Shown here: piece by piece, positions 38,491-47,576 of the stretch
Layout: each line of letters starts with the position of its first letter
How positions within the stretch are numbered: position 1 is the stretch's first letter
DNA from: a virus
Lineage: Duplodnaviria > Caudoviricetes
Length of the DNA: 59,907 nt
Direction: 5' to 3' (one strand)
IMG/VR virus record: IMGVR_UViG_3300033141_002124
Span: 1-59,907 of that record
The notes under the pieces: model-generated
The model's input: the letters and a program-made list of their open reading frames with translations, nothing else
Told to the model about the DNA's origin: nothing
Databases searched by the model: none
Program-made: the position numbers and the translations under genes

Positions 38491-39338
38491 TATACTACAA
38501 TTTTATTTAAAACTTCTCCTTCATATTGTCGAACCAGTTTTTCTTGCTCTGGGAAATCTTTAATTATTTTTGCTTTCATTGCTTCAATATATCTTGGAAC
38601 ATATTTTGATTTGGAAACCATATGAGTGTAGTTCCTCATATTCCCAACTTTTTCCTGTCCATATTGTTGTACCAAGTCATATGGTAATATTTCATAAACA
38701 TTGAGTTTATTTTTTAGGGCAGTTAAATGAATACTAACTTCTTCCAAAATCATTGGATTATCGATTTCAATTTCCCCCTTTTTTATTCCAGCCTCTAATT
38801 TAGCAACGGTTTCTAAATACATTTTCTTTGCCTTGAATTTATGTCCACTCACACCACCAAATGCATATCTATTATCATATTCGTCCATTGTAATGATATT
38901 GTTGTCAGCCAAGAACTTAGCATTCTTTTTGATGTATTCAACAACAAGGTCTTTAACCCAACCAGTTGGTGGACTATAATTTTGAATTATTACATCATAT
39001 TCTTTCTTTTTAATGAATTCACCAAAAATATCAGCAAAAATAAAGACATCAGGGTCAACATGAATGCACCCGCCTCTAACGGCTTTCATAGCATCAACTT
39101 TATATGCACCCCACAACTCAAAATCATAACTACTTTCAACTATCTTAGTTTCTTCATATGGAATATATTTAATAAATGTATCATGTGCCTTCTGATTACA
39201 TATCATTGTGACATGCCCATAATATCTATTCAATGTTAAATAACTCAGTAAAAACGAATAGAAATTCAAATAAACATTGGTGTCACTCACATACGGACTA
39301 CCCTCATCAAATTGCGCAAAACTTTGTATTATCTTCAT
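38490..39338 (-). CDS. Putative GT-A glycosyltransferase (DUF6734-like)
   Basis: MKIIQSF...LS.LT...YG.V, W...K, CIHVDPDVFI (DxD), MILEE. Confidence 0.65.
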   Translation of the reverse strand: MKIIQSFAQFDEGSPYVSDTNVYLNFYSFLLSYLTLNRYYGHVTMICNQKAHDTFIKYIPYEETKIVESSYDFELWGAYKVDAMKAVRGGCIHVDPDVFIFADIFGEFIKKKEYDVIIQNYSPPTGWVKDLVVEYIKKNAKFLADNNIITMDEYDNRYAFGGVSGHKFKAKKMYLETVAKLEAGIKKGEIEIDNPMILEEVSIHLTALKNKLNVYEILPYDLVQQYGQEKVGNMRNYTHMVSKSKYVPRYIEAMKAKIIKDFPEQEKLVRQYEGEVLNKIVV

Positions 39339-39826
39339 TTCAATTTATGATTATTATAAATATTAATTTTATCATTAATTTTATCTGTAAATTTATTGTA
39401 ACTATCACCATAAATTTCTTTTAATGTTTTTTCAATATATTTATCGGTAACATCATAATCAATAGAATTTTCATTCAAAACATTTCCATCATAAATATAT
39501 TCTTCTTTAAAACCAACAAATGATTTTAGAATCTCAAAATTATTTAATAACAAAAATGGTTCTTTTTGGGAAAAAATAACTTTATTTTTAAACGCCCTAA
39601 AACTACTATATTTTACTAATTCACAATTAAATGGAAATAATGTTGATACTATTCTATACGCACTAATATCAACATATATTTTTATGTTATTGGTGATGTT
39701 AGTGTTTACCATTAATATACTATATATTAATCTATTCATCTTTTTTTTCATATCGTTTATATCACGACAATATTTAACATAATAATGATTAAAAGGAAAT
39801 ATATATATGATTTTAATGTTGTTCAT
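39335..39826 (-). CDS. Divergent, possibly degenerate DUF6734-like protein
   Basis: SIL...IKIYVD, KNKVIFSQKEPFLLL parallel to the GT but DxD absent; very AT-rich. Confidence 0.4.
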   Translation of the reverse strand: MNNIKIIYIFPFNHYYVKYCRDINDMKKKMNRLIYSILMVNTNITNNIKIYVDISAYRIVSTLFPFNCELVKYSSFRAFKNKVIFSQKEPFLLLNNFEILKSFVGFKEEYIYDGNVLNENSIDYDVTDKYIEKTLKEIYGDSYNKFTDKINDKINIYNNHKLK

Positions 39827-40299
39827 AAATCCAAAATACTTTTATATATCATTATTTTTTTTAGATGTTTGAATATTCTATGATAATGTTGACCATCACT
39901 AATATTTTGTTTTTCAAATTTTGCGACCACATCCATCAACATATTATATCTACCAATTGGCGATGCGTGGAATATCTTATGATTATTATAAGTTCCCTCA
40001 CAATAATCATAAGATATTTCACTGAAGATATCGAGAATTAAATTATCATTTAAAATCATTTGGTTCTGCTTATATTCTGATAACTGAAATAAAGATGATT
40101 GAACATTAAAATGAGATTCAATCTTTTTTAATGTACTAATATCCATAATATTAATATCAATATCATGGATATCGTAATTAAAATTAATGCCAGCAAAATT
40201 AAAATAATCTGAAATTGAACCACCATAGTAAAATTCACCATACTCAGTGATTTCTGATAAAATGTTCATGTGTCTATTTATCTGTTCATTAATTTTCAT
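39823..40299 (-). CDS. Putative Pol-beta-type nucleotidyltransferase
   Basis: GGS...DIHDIDI and LDIF acidic motifs. Confidence 0.55.
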   Translation of the reverse strand: MKINEQINRHMNILSEITEYGEFYYGGSISDYFNFAGINFNYDIHDIDINIMDISTLKKIESHFNVQSSLFQLSEYKQNQMILNDNLILDIFSEISYDYCEGTYNNHKIFHASPIGRYNMLMDVVAKFEKQNISDGQHYHRIFKHLKKIMIYKSILDL

Positions 40300-40300
40300 A

Positions 40301-40804
40301 TTAATCGTATGATATTGTTACAAAACCCCTGCTAATACCAGTATTATTAAAATCGGCACTATCAAAAAAACCACCATTCTCTACCTGAATGGTTAACATA
40401 GTCCACGTAGGAAATATCCAACTGCCTTTACCAATAGAATACCAAGGAGCACTACTTGCACTCCCACCTCGCTGCGTACCCATATCATACCATAGAGTTC
40501 CTGCATCATTTCTCACAATAACACTAACGCTTCTTACTTGTTCAGGTTCAATAATTGTCCCAAATATATCTGGAGGTATTGGTTCTTCAAATAATGCAAT
40601 GCTTTTAAATTGTACGTAACTCATATCCCATCCACTCGTCATTTCATATACACGAGTTTTAAGATTACCACCGCCACTTAATAATTCGGCTTTAAAATTA
40701 GCAACCGTAATGTTTTTGTAACTACTTCCAGATTTACCATATGCAATTAAATCGGTATCTGAAGGCGTTCCTTCTTGTAATTCAAATAATTTCTTGTCTG
40801 CCAT
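40301..40804 (-). CDS. Putative tail fibre/accessory structural protein
   Basis: N-terminal MADKKLFEL...TP..TDLI...YKNITVANF resembles phage fibre N-termini. Confidence 0.5.
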   Translation of the reverse strand: MADKKLFELQEGTPSDTDLIAYGKSGSSYKNITVANFKAELLSGGGNLKTRVYEMTSGWDMSYVQFKSIALFEEPIPPDIFGTIIEPEQVRSVSVIVRNDAGTLWYDMGTQRGGSASSAPWYSIGKGSWIFPTWTMLTIQVENGGFFDSADFNNTGISRGFVTISYD

Positions 40805-40809
40805 ATCAT

Positions 40810-41073
40810 TTAATATAAAAATTTATCACCATTATTATCAACAAATACATTACCTTCACTATCCACCAAATAAAATGTTTCTGATGGTGGAACAGGTGGT
40901 ACTGGTGGAATTGGTTCACTGTATGCATCCATAAATCCTAAGTCATGACCAACCTGTTTCAACCCGATTTTAACGTAATAAATAACACTTAAATCGGGTA
41001 TTATAATAGTACCACCAGTAATTGTTGTTCCAGTGGTTACTGCTTGTAATATTGTCTTTTTCAGTACTTCCAT
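40810..41073 (-). CDS. Small structural protein
   Basis: 87 aa; Pro-rich linker and terminal YLVDSEGNVFVDNNGDKFL. Confidence 0.55.
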   Translation of the reverse strand: MEVLKKTILQAVTTGTTITGGTIIIPDLSVIYYVKIGLKQVGHDLGFMDAYSEPIPPVPPVPPSETFYLVDSEGNVFVDNNGDKFLY

Positions 41074-42920
41074 TAAGTAACATTCTTTCTCAATAATACT
41101 TTAATATCTTTTTCAGGATATTTGATTTCGAACATCGAATCCTGAGTTGAATAAATCGTATTATTCTCAATCTTTATTTCACCAGTGCTGGTATTTGTAA
41201 TTCCTTGTGCAATACTGTTAGTTGAATATTGGTCACCGACTTTATTAAATACCTTAATTCCAATAATATTTATCACACCATTGGCTTCCAGAATTTGCTT
41301 TTCTAATCTCCCAAGAAAAATGTCTTGATTCATTTCATGTGTGTCGATATCAAGATACTCAGTAACGAGTGAAATAACACTGTTTGCAATTTGATTATCT
41401 GCTGTATTCTCAACATATACATCGATTTCGAACGCCAAATTATATATCTTACCGTCTTTAATTTCAACATAATCATTAACCATCCTATATTGTGTCAGGT
41501 ATTCAGCAATATTTGTTTTTAATAATGAGTTACTGGTATTTGATAACTTACCGTCTTCACCAATACCCAATATTGAAATCAAAACTTTATTGTTTATTTT
41601 AAAAGCGTTCGCACGATATGGAGAACCATACTCCCCGGGCATTTTATAAACCTGTAACAAATAATCGGTAAGTGTCACATCTCTATTTTGACTGGCAAAA
41701 TTATATTTAATTAATTGTCTGATTTGTTCCGTACTTAAACCATCGTTTCCACCAATTGCTGGAATCGGGTTCGTTGTTTGTAAACTTCTTTGAACTTGTT
41801 GATTAATATCTTGACGAGAACCATTTACTTTTAAAGTATATGAACCAAGTTGTGTTAGAACATCTGAACCAATGTTAGAAGCAATCCCACCACCAGTTCT
41901 ATATTTAACAAATAACGTATAATTTGCTTGGAGTTTTTCACCCAATGCTGTGTTATTTAAAAAATTTTCAAGGAAATAACGATTACTAACACCTTCTTTC
42001 AAGAAACCATCTCGAAAAGCATTAACATCACTATCACCAGAACCAAATGTTAATTTACAAAAACCTTTAGGAGTATATTCCTTTATAAATTTTTTCGTAA
42101 TATCAACCCATCTCGCTGCTTTGATATTATTTGTTGTGGTATTTGCACTTGAACTCAAACCATCTTCAATGAAGACACGTTGCTGCGCCAGATAATCAAC
42201 TTCAAAATATCTACTATTAAAATCATTAAAATCTCCAGTGTCTGGATTTGTTGTATAATTAGTACCTTCTAAAAGTATAATACTTTCAATTTCCAACACA
42301 TCTGGGTCTGGTAATGTTATTGCAAAAAATGGTATCACATCGGTTGTGCTAATAATCTTCTTATAGATGCTTGTGCCTCCATTTATAACCACTTCTCTTT
42401 TTGTTATAGTATATGACTCAGGAATTCCGTTAGTGTTCAGATTTGGAATAATACTACGATTAGGGTCACCAAGACTACTAACAAGGGATTTCCAGTCAAT
42501 ATTTTGTTGTATTTCAAATATCTTACCACCACCAAGAACTTGTGCACCTGCTTCTAAAACAGGATAATATGTGGCATCTGGGGTATTCCCAAGTACTGGA
42601 ACAATAACACTAAAATCAACAACAGTAACACTTGGTCTACGAGCAGGAATATTGAATCCCATGTTTTTTGCAATGTTTAAAATACTCGCCCTTTGTTGTG
42701 CATATTGTAATTGAGTCTCTTGAAATGCTCTATCGGTGTTAACACTAAGATTATTACTTACACCAGCATTTAGGTCGATAAGCATTGCACCAACACTTGA
42801 ATCAGTGAAATCACTAAGGACTTCGGGATACATTTGTCTGATTAATGCAATTAGGTCTGTTCTAATTTCTCCGAAAGTTCTGCTTCCGTATTGAACTACA
42901 TTTGTCGTTTCTGTTGCCAT
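41073..42920 (-). CDS. Baseplate wedge protein (T4 gp6 / baseplate J-like)
   Basis: RTF.EIR..L, DF..SS.G..LIDL.A, AQ.R.SI..IA..MG, Y..GGG..SN, GG.D, QNR.VT..DY. Confidence 0.85.
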   Translation of the reverse strand: MATETTNVVQYGSRTFGEIRTDLIALIRQMYPEVLSDFTDSSVGAMLIDLNAGVSNNLSVNTDRAFQETQLQYAQQRASILNIAKNMGFNIPARRPSVTVVDFSVIVPVLGNTPDATYYPVLEAGAQVLGGGKIFEIQQNIDWKSLVSSLGDPNRSIIPNLNTNGIPESYTITKREVVINGGTSIYKKIISTTDVIPFFAITLPDPDVLEIESIILLEGTNYTTNPDTGDFNDFNSRYFEVDYLAQQRVFIEDGLSSSANTTTNNIKAARWVDITKKFIKEYTPKGFCKLTFGSGDSDVNAFRDGFLKEGVSNRYFLENFLNNTALGEKLQANYTLFVKYRTGGGIASNIGSDVLTQLGSYTLKVNGSRQDINQQVQRSLQTTNPIPAIGGNDGLSTEQIRQLIKYNFASQNRDVTLTDYLLQVYKMPGEYGSPYRANAFKINNKVLISILGIGEDGKLSNTSNSLLKTNIAEYLTQYRMVNDYVEIKDGKIYNLAFEIDVYVENTADNQIANSVISLVTEYLDIDTHEMNQDIFLGRLEKQILEANGVINIIGIKVFNKVGDQYSTNSIAQGITNTSTGEIKIENNTIYSTQDSMFEIKYPEKDIKVLLRKNVT

Positions 42921-42930
42921 GTTTTATATT

Positions 42931-43329
42931 TTAAAAATTTAAATCAATATTACCTTGTTCCGTTAATGAACCCTCAGTATATACAAATTGAACACTCACA
43001 TTTAATTGAGTTTCAGGTATTGGTTGACCATCCTCAGTTTCATTCCAATTAAAACGTACTGAAGTAATTTTAACTTCTGGAATATATAATGCCACTGTGT
43101 TTCTAATCTCTTCTTCAACATCAGTTGCAGTTAATTGGTCGTTAGGTTCAAATATATATTTCAATAAATTTGTACCGTAATCTGACTCATAATATCTCTG
43201 ACCTTTTTGGGTTAATAGAAGTAACAATAAGTTAGAACTGTATGAATCTTTACTTACCTGATTCATTTGAATAAAACTTCTTGTTTCGTTATCGTCTTTA
43301 AACGGAAATGTGATATTATACGAATTCAT
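42931..43329 (-). CDS. Baseplate gp25-like (GPW/gp25) protein
   Basis: NL..LLLT.KG.R.....YGT.L...IFEP; ATG 43329; precedes gp6-like gene. Confidence 0.85.
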   Translation of the reverse strand: MNSYNITFPFKDDNETRSFIQMNQVSKDSYSSNLLLLLLTQKGQRYYESDYGTNLLKYIFEPNDQLTATDVEEEIRNTVALYIPEVKITSVRFNWNETEDGQPIPETQLNVSVQFVYTEGSLTEQGNIDLNF

Positions 43330-43343
43330 TATTATTGATTTCC

Positions 43344-43353
43344 TATAAATACT
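43344..43353 (-). promoter_or_regulatory. Late-type motif AGTATTTATA
   Basis: 14 nt upstream of ATG 43329, heading the baseplate operon. Confidence 0.7.
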
Positions 43354-43361
43354 TATAAACA

Positions 43362-43395
43362 AAAAAATCCCGACAAATTACTGTCGGGATTTTTT
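43362..43395 (-). terminator. Rho-independent terminator
   Basis: AAAAAATCCCGACA/TGTCGGGATTTTTT stem. Confidence 0.85.
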
Positions 43396-43414
43396 AATTA
43401 ACACTTATAATCTA

Positions 43415-43876
43415 TCAGACCTTCGCTTTTCTACCACGCTTACCTTTTGTAATAGCTCTCTCTTCATCTTCTCGCTGTTTCTTTTCATCAAAAAGACTCT
43501 TAATTGACTCATGTAATTTAATTATTGATTCATGCCCATATTTCTGAAGTACACCAGTGTACGTATTGAAATTAGGTTTGTCTAATGAAACAGCATCGCT
43601 TTCACTTACACTAACCCCAGCAAGACATTCAATAATTGCCGTTTCCTGCATATCAACAGGAAGTGCTTCAAGAACCTCTTCATTGAAGACAATTGCAAAA
43701 TTCACGCCTTCAGTAAGAACTTCCACCACATCATTTGATTTGGTTATTTTATAAAGTTCCTTCTGTTTTTCATTACAGAGAACTTCAAACTGAATCCAAT
43801 GTGGAATACTTGTTTTGTTTCTTATCTCTTCAAAGAGATTTACTACGTCCTCAGACGCTCTTTCAATTTTTGCCAT
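43415..43876 (-). CDS. Hypothetical protein, possibly a degenerate phage metallopeptidase
   Basis: AIVFNEEVLEALP..Q..AIIECLAG recalls phage metallopeptidase spacing but lacks HExxH. Confidence 0.55.
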   Translation of the reverse strand: MAKIERASEDVVNLFEEIRNKTSIPHWIQFEVLCNEKQKELYKITKSNDVVEVLTEGVNFAIVFNEEVLEALPVDMQETAIIECLAGVSVSESDAVSLDKPNFNTYTGVLQKYGHESIIKLHESIKSLFDEKKQREDEERAITKGKRGRKAKV

Positions 43877-43888
43877 AAATAATTGTTT

Positions 43889-44341
43889 TTAATTAATAAT
43901 AGATTTATATTTCGATTTAATTTCTTCGATTTTCAGATTCAGGTCACCGAATATCGGGTCTTCTGTTTCAAATTCTTTCTTGAATTTGGCATCGAGTTCA
44001 TCAGTGAAACTGAACATGTCTTCAATACTTAATTTAACCATGTCCTCGATTTCAACAAGAGTTGCAATTTGTGCATTAACTGCATCCAATTTTTTAAATT
44101 GTGTCATTTTCTTCTCATATTCGGTATTGGCTTCAACTACTTTTTCTTCACTAACTGGTTCAACCAATTCTTCACCTTGACGCTTCTCAAGGGTTTCTTG
44201 TAGCTTCTCAATATCAGCAGGAGTGGCTTCACCAATTTTAGTATCAGCCAATTCATTTATTTCAAGTATTTTTTTCGCAGCTTCGGAATTAAATTCTCCC
44301 TCATCGGCTGCTTTCTTCAGATTATCTAAAAAATTTGTCAT
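43889..44341 (-). CDS. Acidic coiled-coil hypothetical protein
   Basis: 150-aa ORF. Confidence 0.7.
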   Translation of the reverse strand: MTNFLDNLKKAADEGEFNSEAAKKILEINELADTKIGEATPADIEKLQETLEKRQGEELVEPVSEEKVVEANTEYEKKMTQFKKLDAVNAQIATLVEIEDMVKLSIEDMFSFTDELDAKFKKEFETEDPIFGDLNLKIEEIKSKYKSIIN

Positions 44342-44352
44342 TTCATATAGTT

Positions 44353-45264
44353 TTAACGTGGCGCACCTACGGTCTGCATTTCAATTCCTTCGAACTTCAG
44401 AACTTCATGGGTGTCATTATAATTTATTCTTTTAACATATTTATTGATTCCAAATCCAATTAATTCACCATATTCATCATTAATGAATACAGAATTAATA
44501 TCGATAATTTCTTTAAAAATATCAGATTCTTCATCAAACTCTGTTGTTTTGAACTTCAAAGGTACAAAAAATTCTAATTGTCTGTACTCAAAACCAATTT
44601 TTTTTATGTGAAGAAATTCACTTAATTCCTCAATCTTATTTATTGCGTCCTTGTTTTCACGAAGAACATTAATTGGAAACTTGAATTGTTTTGATTTCTT
44701 TTCCATATCAACAACCTCATATTCATCAAGAGTTCCTTCTTTTTTCTCAACAACATCCATCACTTTAGCCAAACCAACTTCAATTGGGTTATTATTGAAA
44801 ATATACATTATCTCCAAATCATCGTCCTTTGTTCGTCTTTCTTCGAATTCCAAAGCCAATACCTCACCAATGGTTTTACCAGCATGTTTGTGTTTGTCGT
44901 CAAAGAAACCATAGTGTTCATATCGTCTACCATGTGGGTCTTTCATACCATAACTCGTACCATATTTATCGGCAGCAACAGCCATTTGACGTGGCGTTGC
45001 TGTCCTGATAAATTTATCTGCTTTCTTTAGAACTTCATAATATTCCTGAACATATTTCTCATCAGTTTGTCCAGCATAGAATTTCTCAAGTAACTGATTA
45101 CGGCTACGCATTCTCTGCGTATGATTATTTCTTTCATTACCATCATTTGGGTCACATTTTAGAATTTCAGTCTCGGTATTAAATAATGCAATACCAATAG
45201 CAAGTCCTAACATATGTAGTTTAAGATAAATCCAAAGGACTATATTTAGAAAGAATTTTTTCAT
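44353..45264 (-). CDS. Hypothetical protein with hydrophobic N-terminus
   Basis: 303-aa ORF. Confidence 0.7.
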   Translation of the reverse strand: MKKFFLNIVLWIYLKLHMLGLAIGIALFNTETEILKCDPNDGNERNNHTQRMRSRNQLLEKFYAGQTDEKYVQEYYEVLKKADKFIRTATPRQMAVAADKYGTSYGMKDPHGRRYEHYGFFDDKHKHAGKTIGEVLALEFEERRTKDDDLEIMYIFNNNPIEVGLAKVMDVVEKKEGTLDEYEVVDMEKKSKQFKFPINVLRENKDAINKIEELSEFLHIKKIGFEYRQLEFFVPLKFKTTEFDEESDIFKEIIDINSVFINDEYGELIGFGINKYVKRINYNDTHEVLKFEGIEMQTVGAPR

Positions 45265-45626
45265 TAATTATTACGAACCTTTTCTTGAACCTCTTGCAAT
45301 AAATCTGATTTTTTCTTAACCGTTTCTTGGAGACTGTTAACTAATTTATCTTTCTTAGCATATGCTTTATCTTTCTCATCATAATGCTTTTCAATTACTT
45401 TCTGAAGTGATTTAAGAAGTTCATCATCAAATTGTTCTTGTTTCAACATCTCGGCTTTAGCAACGGTTTTAGCAACCATCTTTGCAGATTTATATATTGC
45501 AATTTCTATTTCTTTTGCTCGTGAATTAGTGTGTTGATTGCCGATATGACTACCAACAATTAATTTAATCATTTTTCGTCTTTTATGGTTAATTAACCAT
45601 ATTTTAATTTGTTTAAATAAATTCAT
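45264..45626 (-). CDS. Hypothetical protein
   Basis: 120-aa ORF coupled to downstream gene. Confidence 0.65.
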   Translation of the reverse strand: MNLFKQIKIWLINHKRRKMIKLIVGSHIGNQHTNSRAKEIEIAIYKSAKMVAKTVAKAEMLKQEQFDDELLKSLQKVIEKHYDEKDKAYAKKDKLVNSLQETVKKKSDLLQEVQEKVRNN

Positions 45627-45652
45627 AATTTCTCGGTTTTTGTGTATAGTTA

Positions 45653-45667
45653 TTTCAAATAAATACT
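45653..45667 (-). promoter_or_regulatory. Late-type motif variant AGTATTTATTTGAAA
   Basis: Same 15-mer as 18801-18815. Confidence 0.5.
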
Positions 45668-45678
45668 CACGATTTCAA

Positions 45679-47061
45679 TTATTGAATTTGTAACCCCTTC
45701 ATGACCACAGATTTATAGAATTCTGCACGCTTTGCAGTCACGTTTTCAAGGTTATAATCTTCCTTAAAATCTTCATATAATTGTTCACCTAAACGCTTAC
45801 GTAAATCGGCATCTAATATCAACTGTTTCAAGTACTTCTTCCAGTATTTATGTGAATTTTTCTTATTCGGAATCAACACACAATTCTCCATGTGTCTGCC
45901 GTCTATATTATATGGTGGAATGTCACTACAAACAATAGGAAGTTTTCTTGTCCAGCATTCAACTTGTTTCAAGTTTGACTTCATTCTATTAAACTCATTA
46001 TCTGCAAGTGGAGCAAGCACAATATCTGTTTCATTCAAAACACCAGCATATGTGTTGGCTTTCTGTGTCCAACGTCTACCAAAATTACCTTCTCCATCGT
46101 ATTTCACGTCTCTCTCAAAGTTTAACAACCATTGCAAGTAATCAGGATTTTCAATAAGCCTATGATTATCAGTTAAAATCTTTTCATAAACAAGATATAC
46201 ACTTTCTTCAGATTTAATGTCACGTTGTTTACTATCAAATACCTTATCTCTATACTTGTCTTTCAATTCCTGTGAAATTCTTGGGATTTGGTCAACATCA
46301 CCCCTCGATTTATTAATTGCTTTCACCACTTCATGTGTCCACAATCCCTTCTTTTCGAGTTCAGTTCTGAAATCCTGATTGAAAGTAATATCTGTTGTAC
46401 TACCTTCGGTGTCCCAACCAGCGATTGTAATTTTGAATTTTCCTCTGGTCTCTGGATTACCATTCAATACATTTATCACGCCTTCAAGTTGTTGAACATC
46501 GACCATGTGAGAACTACCCGCCATATAAGTAATTCTAACAAGACCATCTGGGTCTGGTTTCCAGTTGTTTTGAAATTGTTTCATCCACTTAGGGTCAACA
46601 CTATTATATAATACCTCAATATTGTCTTTACCAGTTACTTTACGAATCTCAGATGCAAATAAATCAGTTGTAGTTGTAACGTAATCAGCAATTTTCATGT
46701 TCTCAATAATTGGAACATCCAATTTCTTTTCCAAACTCATGTTGTAAAATGGATGAAGTCTGTGGAGTTTCCAATAGTCATCAATATCCATAATAAGAAT
46801 AGTTCCAGATTTTCTTAATTCTTCTGCCAGTTTCAACATTTGTGCTGTTTCACCTAAAAACTGACGGTGATAATGGATTATGTGAAATGATTTTAAATAT
46901 TCAACAATATTAGGGTCATTGAAATCCAATTGTGGATTTATTTCAACATAAAATTCGTCTGAGTGATTTCTTTCCAGTTCTTGTGCTGGGGTTTGAGTCC
47001 TGAAGTAGTTTACTCCTGCTCCATCAAGGTTGTAGAATAAAATTCTAATTTTACCGTCCAT
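45679..47061 (-). CDS. GT-B (GT4-like) glycosyltransferase
   Basis: G..YFR..P, DIDD, AD.VTTTT, NSVD, DI.LAPL..NEFN..KSNLK..E, P.VCS. Confidence 0.88.
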   Translation of the reverse strand: MDGKIRILFYNLDGAGVNYFRTQTPAQELERNHSDEFYVEINPQLDFNDPNIVEYLKSFHIIHYHRQFLGETAQMLKLAEELRKSGTILIMDIDDYWKLHRLHPFYNMSLEKKLDVPIIENMKIADYVTTTTDLFASEIRKVTGKDNIEVLYNSVDPKWMKQFQNNWKPDPDGLVRITYMAGSSHMVDVQQLEGVINVLNGNPETRGKFKITIAGWDTEGSTTDITFNQDFRTELEKKGLWTHEVVKAINKSRGDVDQIPRISQELKDKYRDKVFDSKQRDIKSEESVYLVYEKILTDNHRLIENPDYLQWLLNFERDVKYDGEGNFGRRWTQKANTYAGVLNETDIVLAPLADNEFNRMKSNLKQVECWTRKLPIVCSDIPPYNIDGRHMENCVLIPNKKNSHKYWKKYLKQLILDADLRKRLGEQLYEDFKEDYNLENVTAKRAEFYKSVVMKGLQIQ

Positions 47062-47094
47062 ATATTTTTATAATTAATTATAATTATTATCGTC

Positions 47095-47133
47095 TATATA
47101 TGGTTATACGGTATTCGTTAAGAAATCTTGAAT
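47095..47133 (-). promoter_or_regulatory. Putative phage/ECF promoter TTCAAG-N16-CGTATAACCATATAT
   Basis: Second copy of the element at 8960-8998. Confidence 0.6.
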
Positions 47134-47140
47134 AATAAAC

Positions 47141-47169
47141 AAAAAAAGCCAACATTTCTGCTGGCTTTT
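47141..47169 (-). terminator. Rho-independent terminator
   Basis: AAAAGCCA...TGGCTTTT stem with T-tract on minus strand. Confidence 0.7.
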
Positions 47170-47189
47170 AAATAACATGAGTGTTACTA

Positions 47190-47570
47190 TTATTCTTTAA
47201 CTGTCTTTTTTCTTGTTGTCGTTTTCTTTTCTGGAATTACTGTTTCTTTCTTTTCAGCAACCACAGGCTCTTTTTTAGTTACAGATTTCTTTGCTGCTTT
47301 AGGTTTGCGTGGTGCTTTAGGTTTTGCTTTTTCCATTGATTTCTTCAATTCAGCAGGACTGACTTCAACAATATCAATCAATTTTTTTATTCTCAATCTA
47401 TGTACCGATAATGGTAATGATTGAACTGTTAAGAATACGCTCTCACTTGGTTTCAATGCAATTATCTTTCTCGTTCTGTTATCAACATATTCAATATTAG
47501 CGATTGAATTAAATTTTGGGTCACGTTTCCCAACAAGATTTGTTATGTTTGTTATTTTATATGTGTTCAT
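47190..47570 (-). CDS. Hypothetical protein with Lys-rich tail
   Basis: 126 aa; KAKPKAPRKPKAAKK...KKTTTRKK. Confidence 0.7.
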   Translation of the reverse strand: MNTYKITNITNLVGKRDPKFNSIANIEYVDNRTRKIIALKPSESVFLTVQSLPLSVHRLRIKKLIDIVEVSPAELKKSMEKAKPKAPRKPKAAKKSVTKKEPVVAEKKETVIPEKKTTTRKKTVKE

Positions 47571-47576
47571 ATCTAA

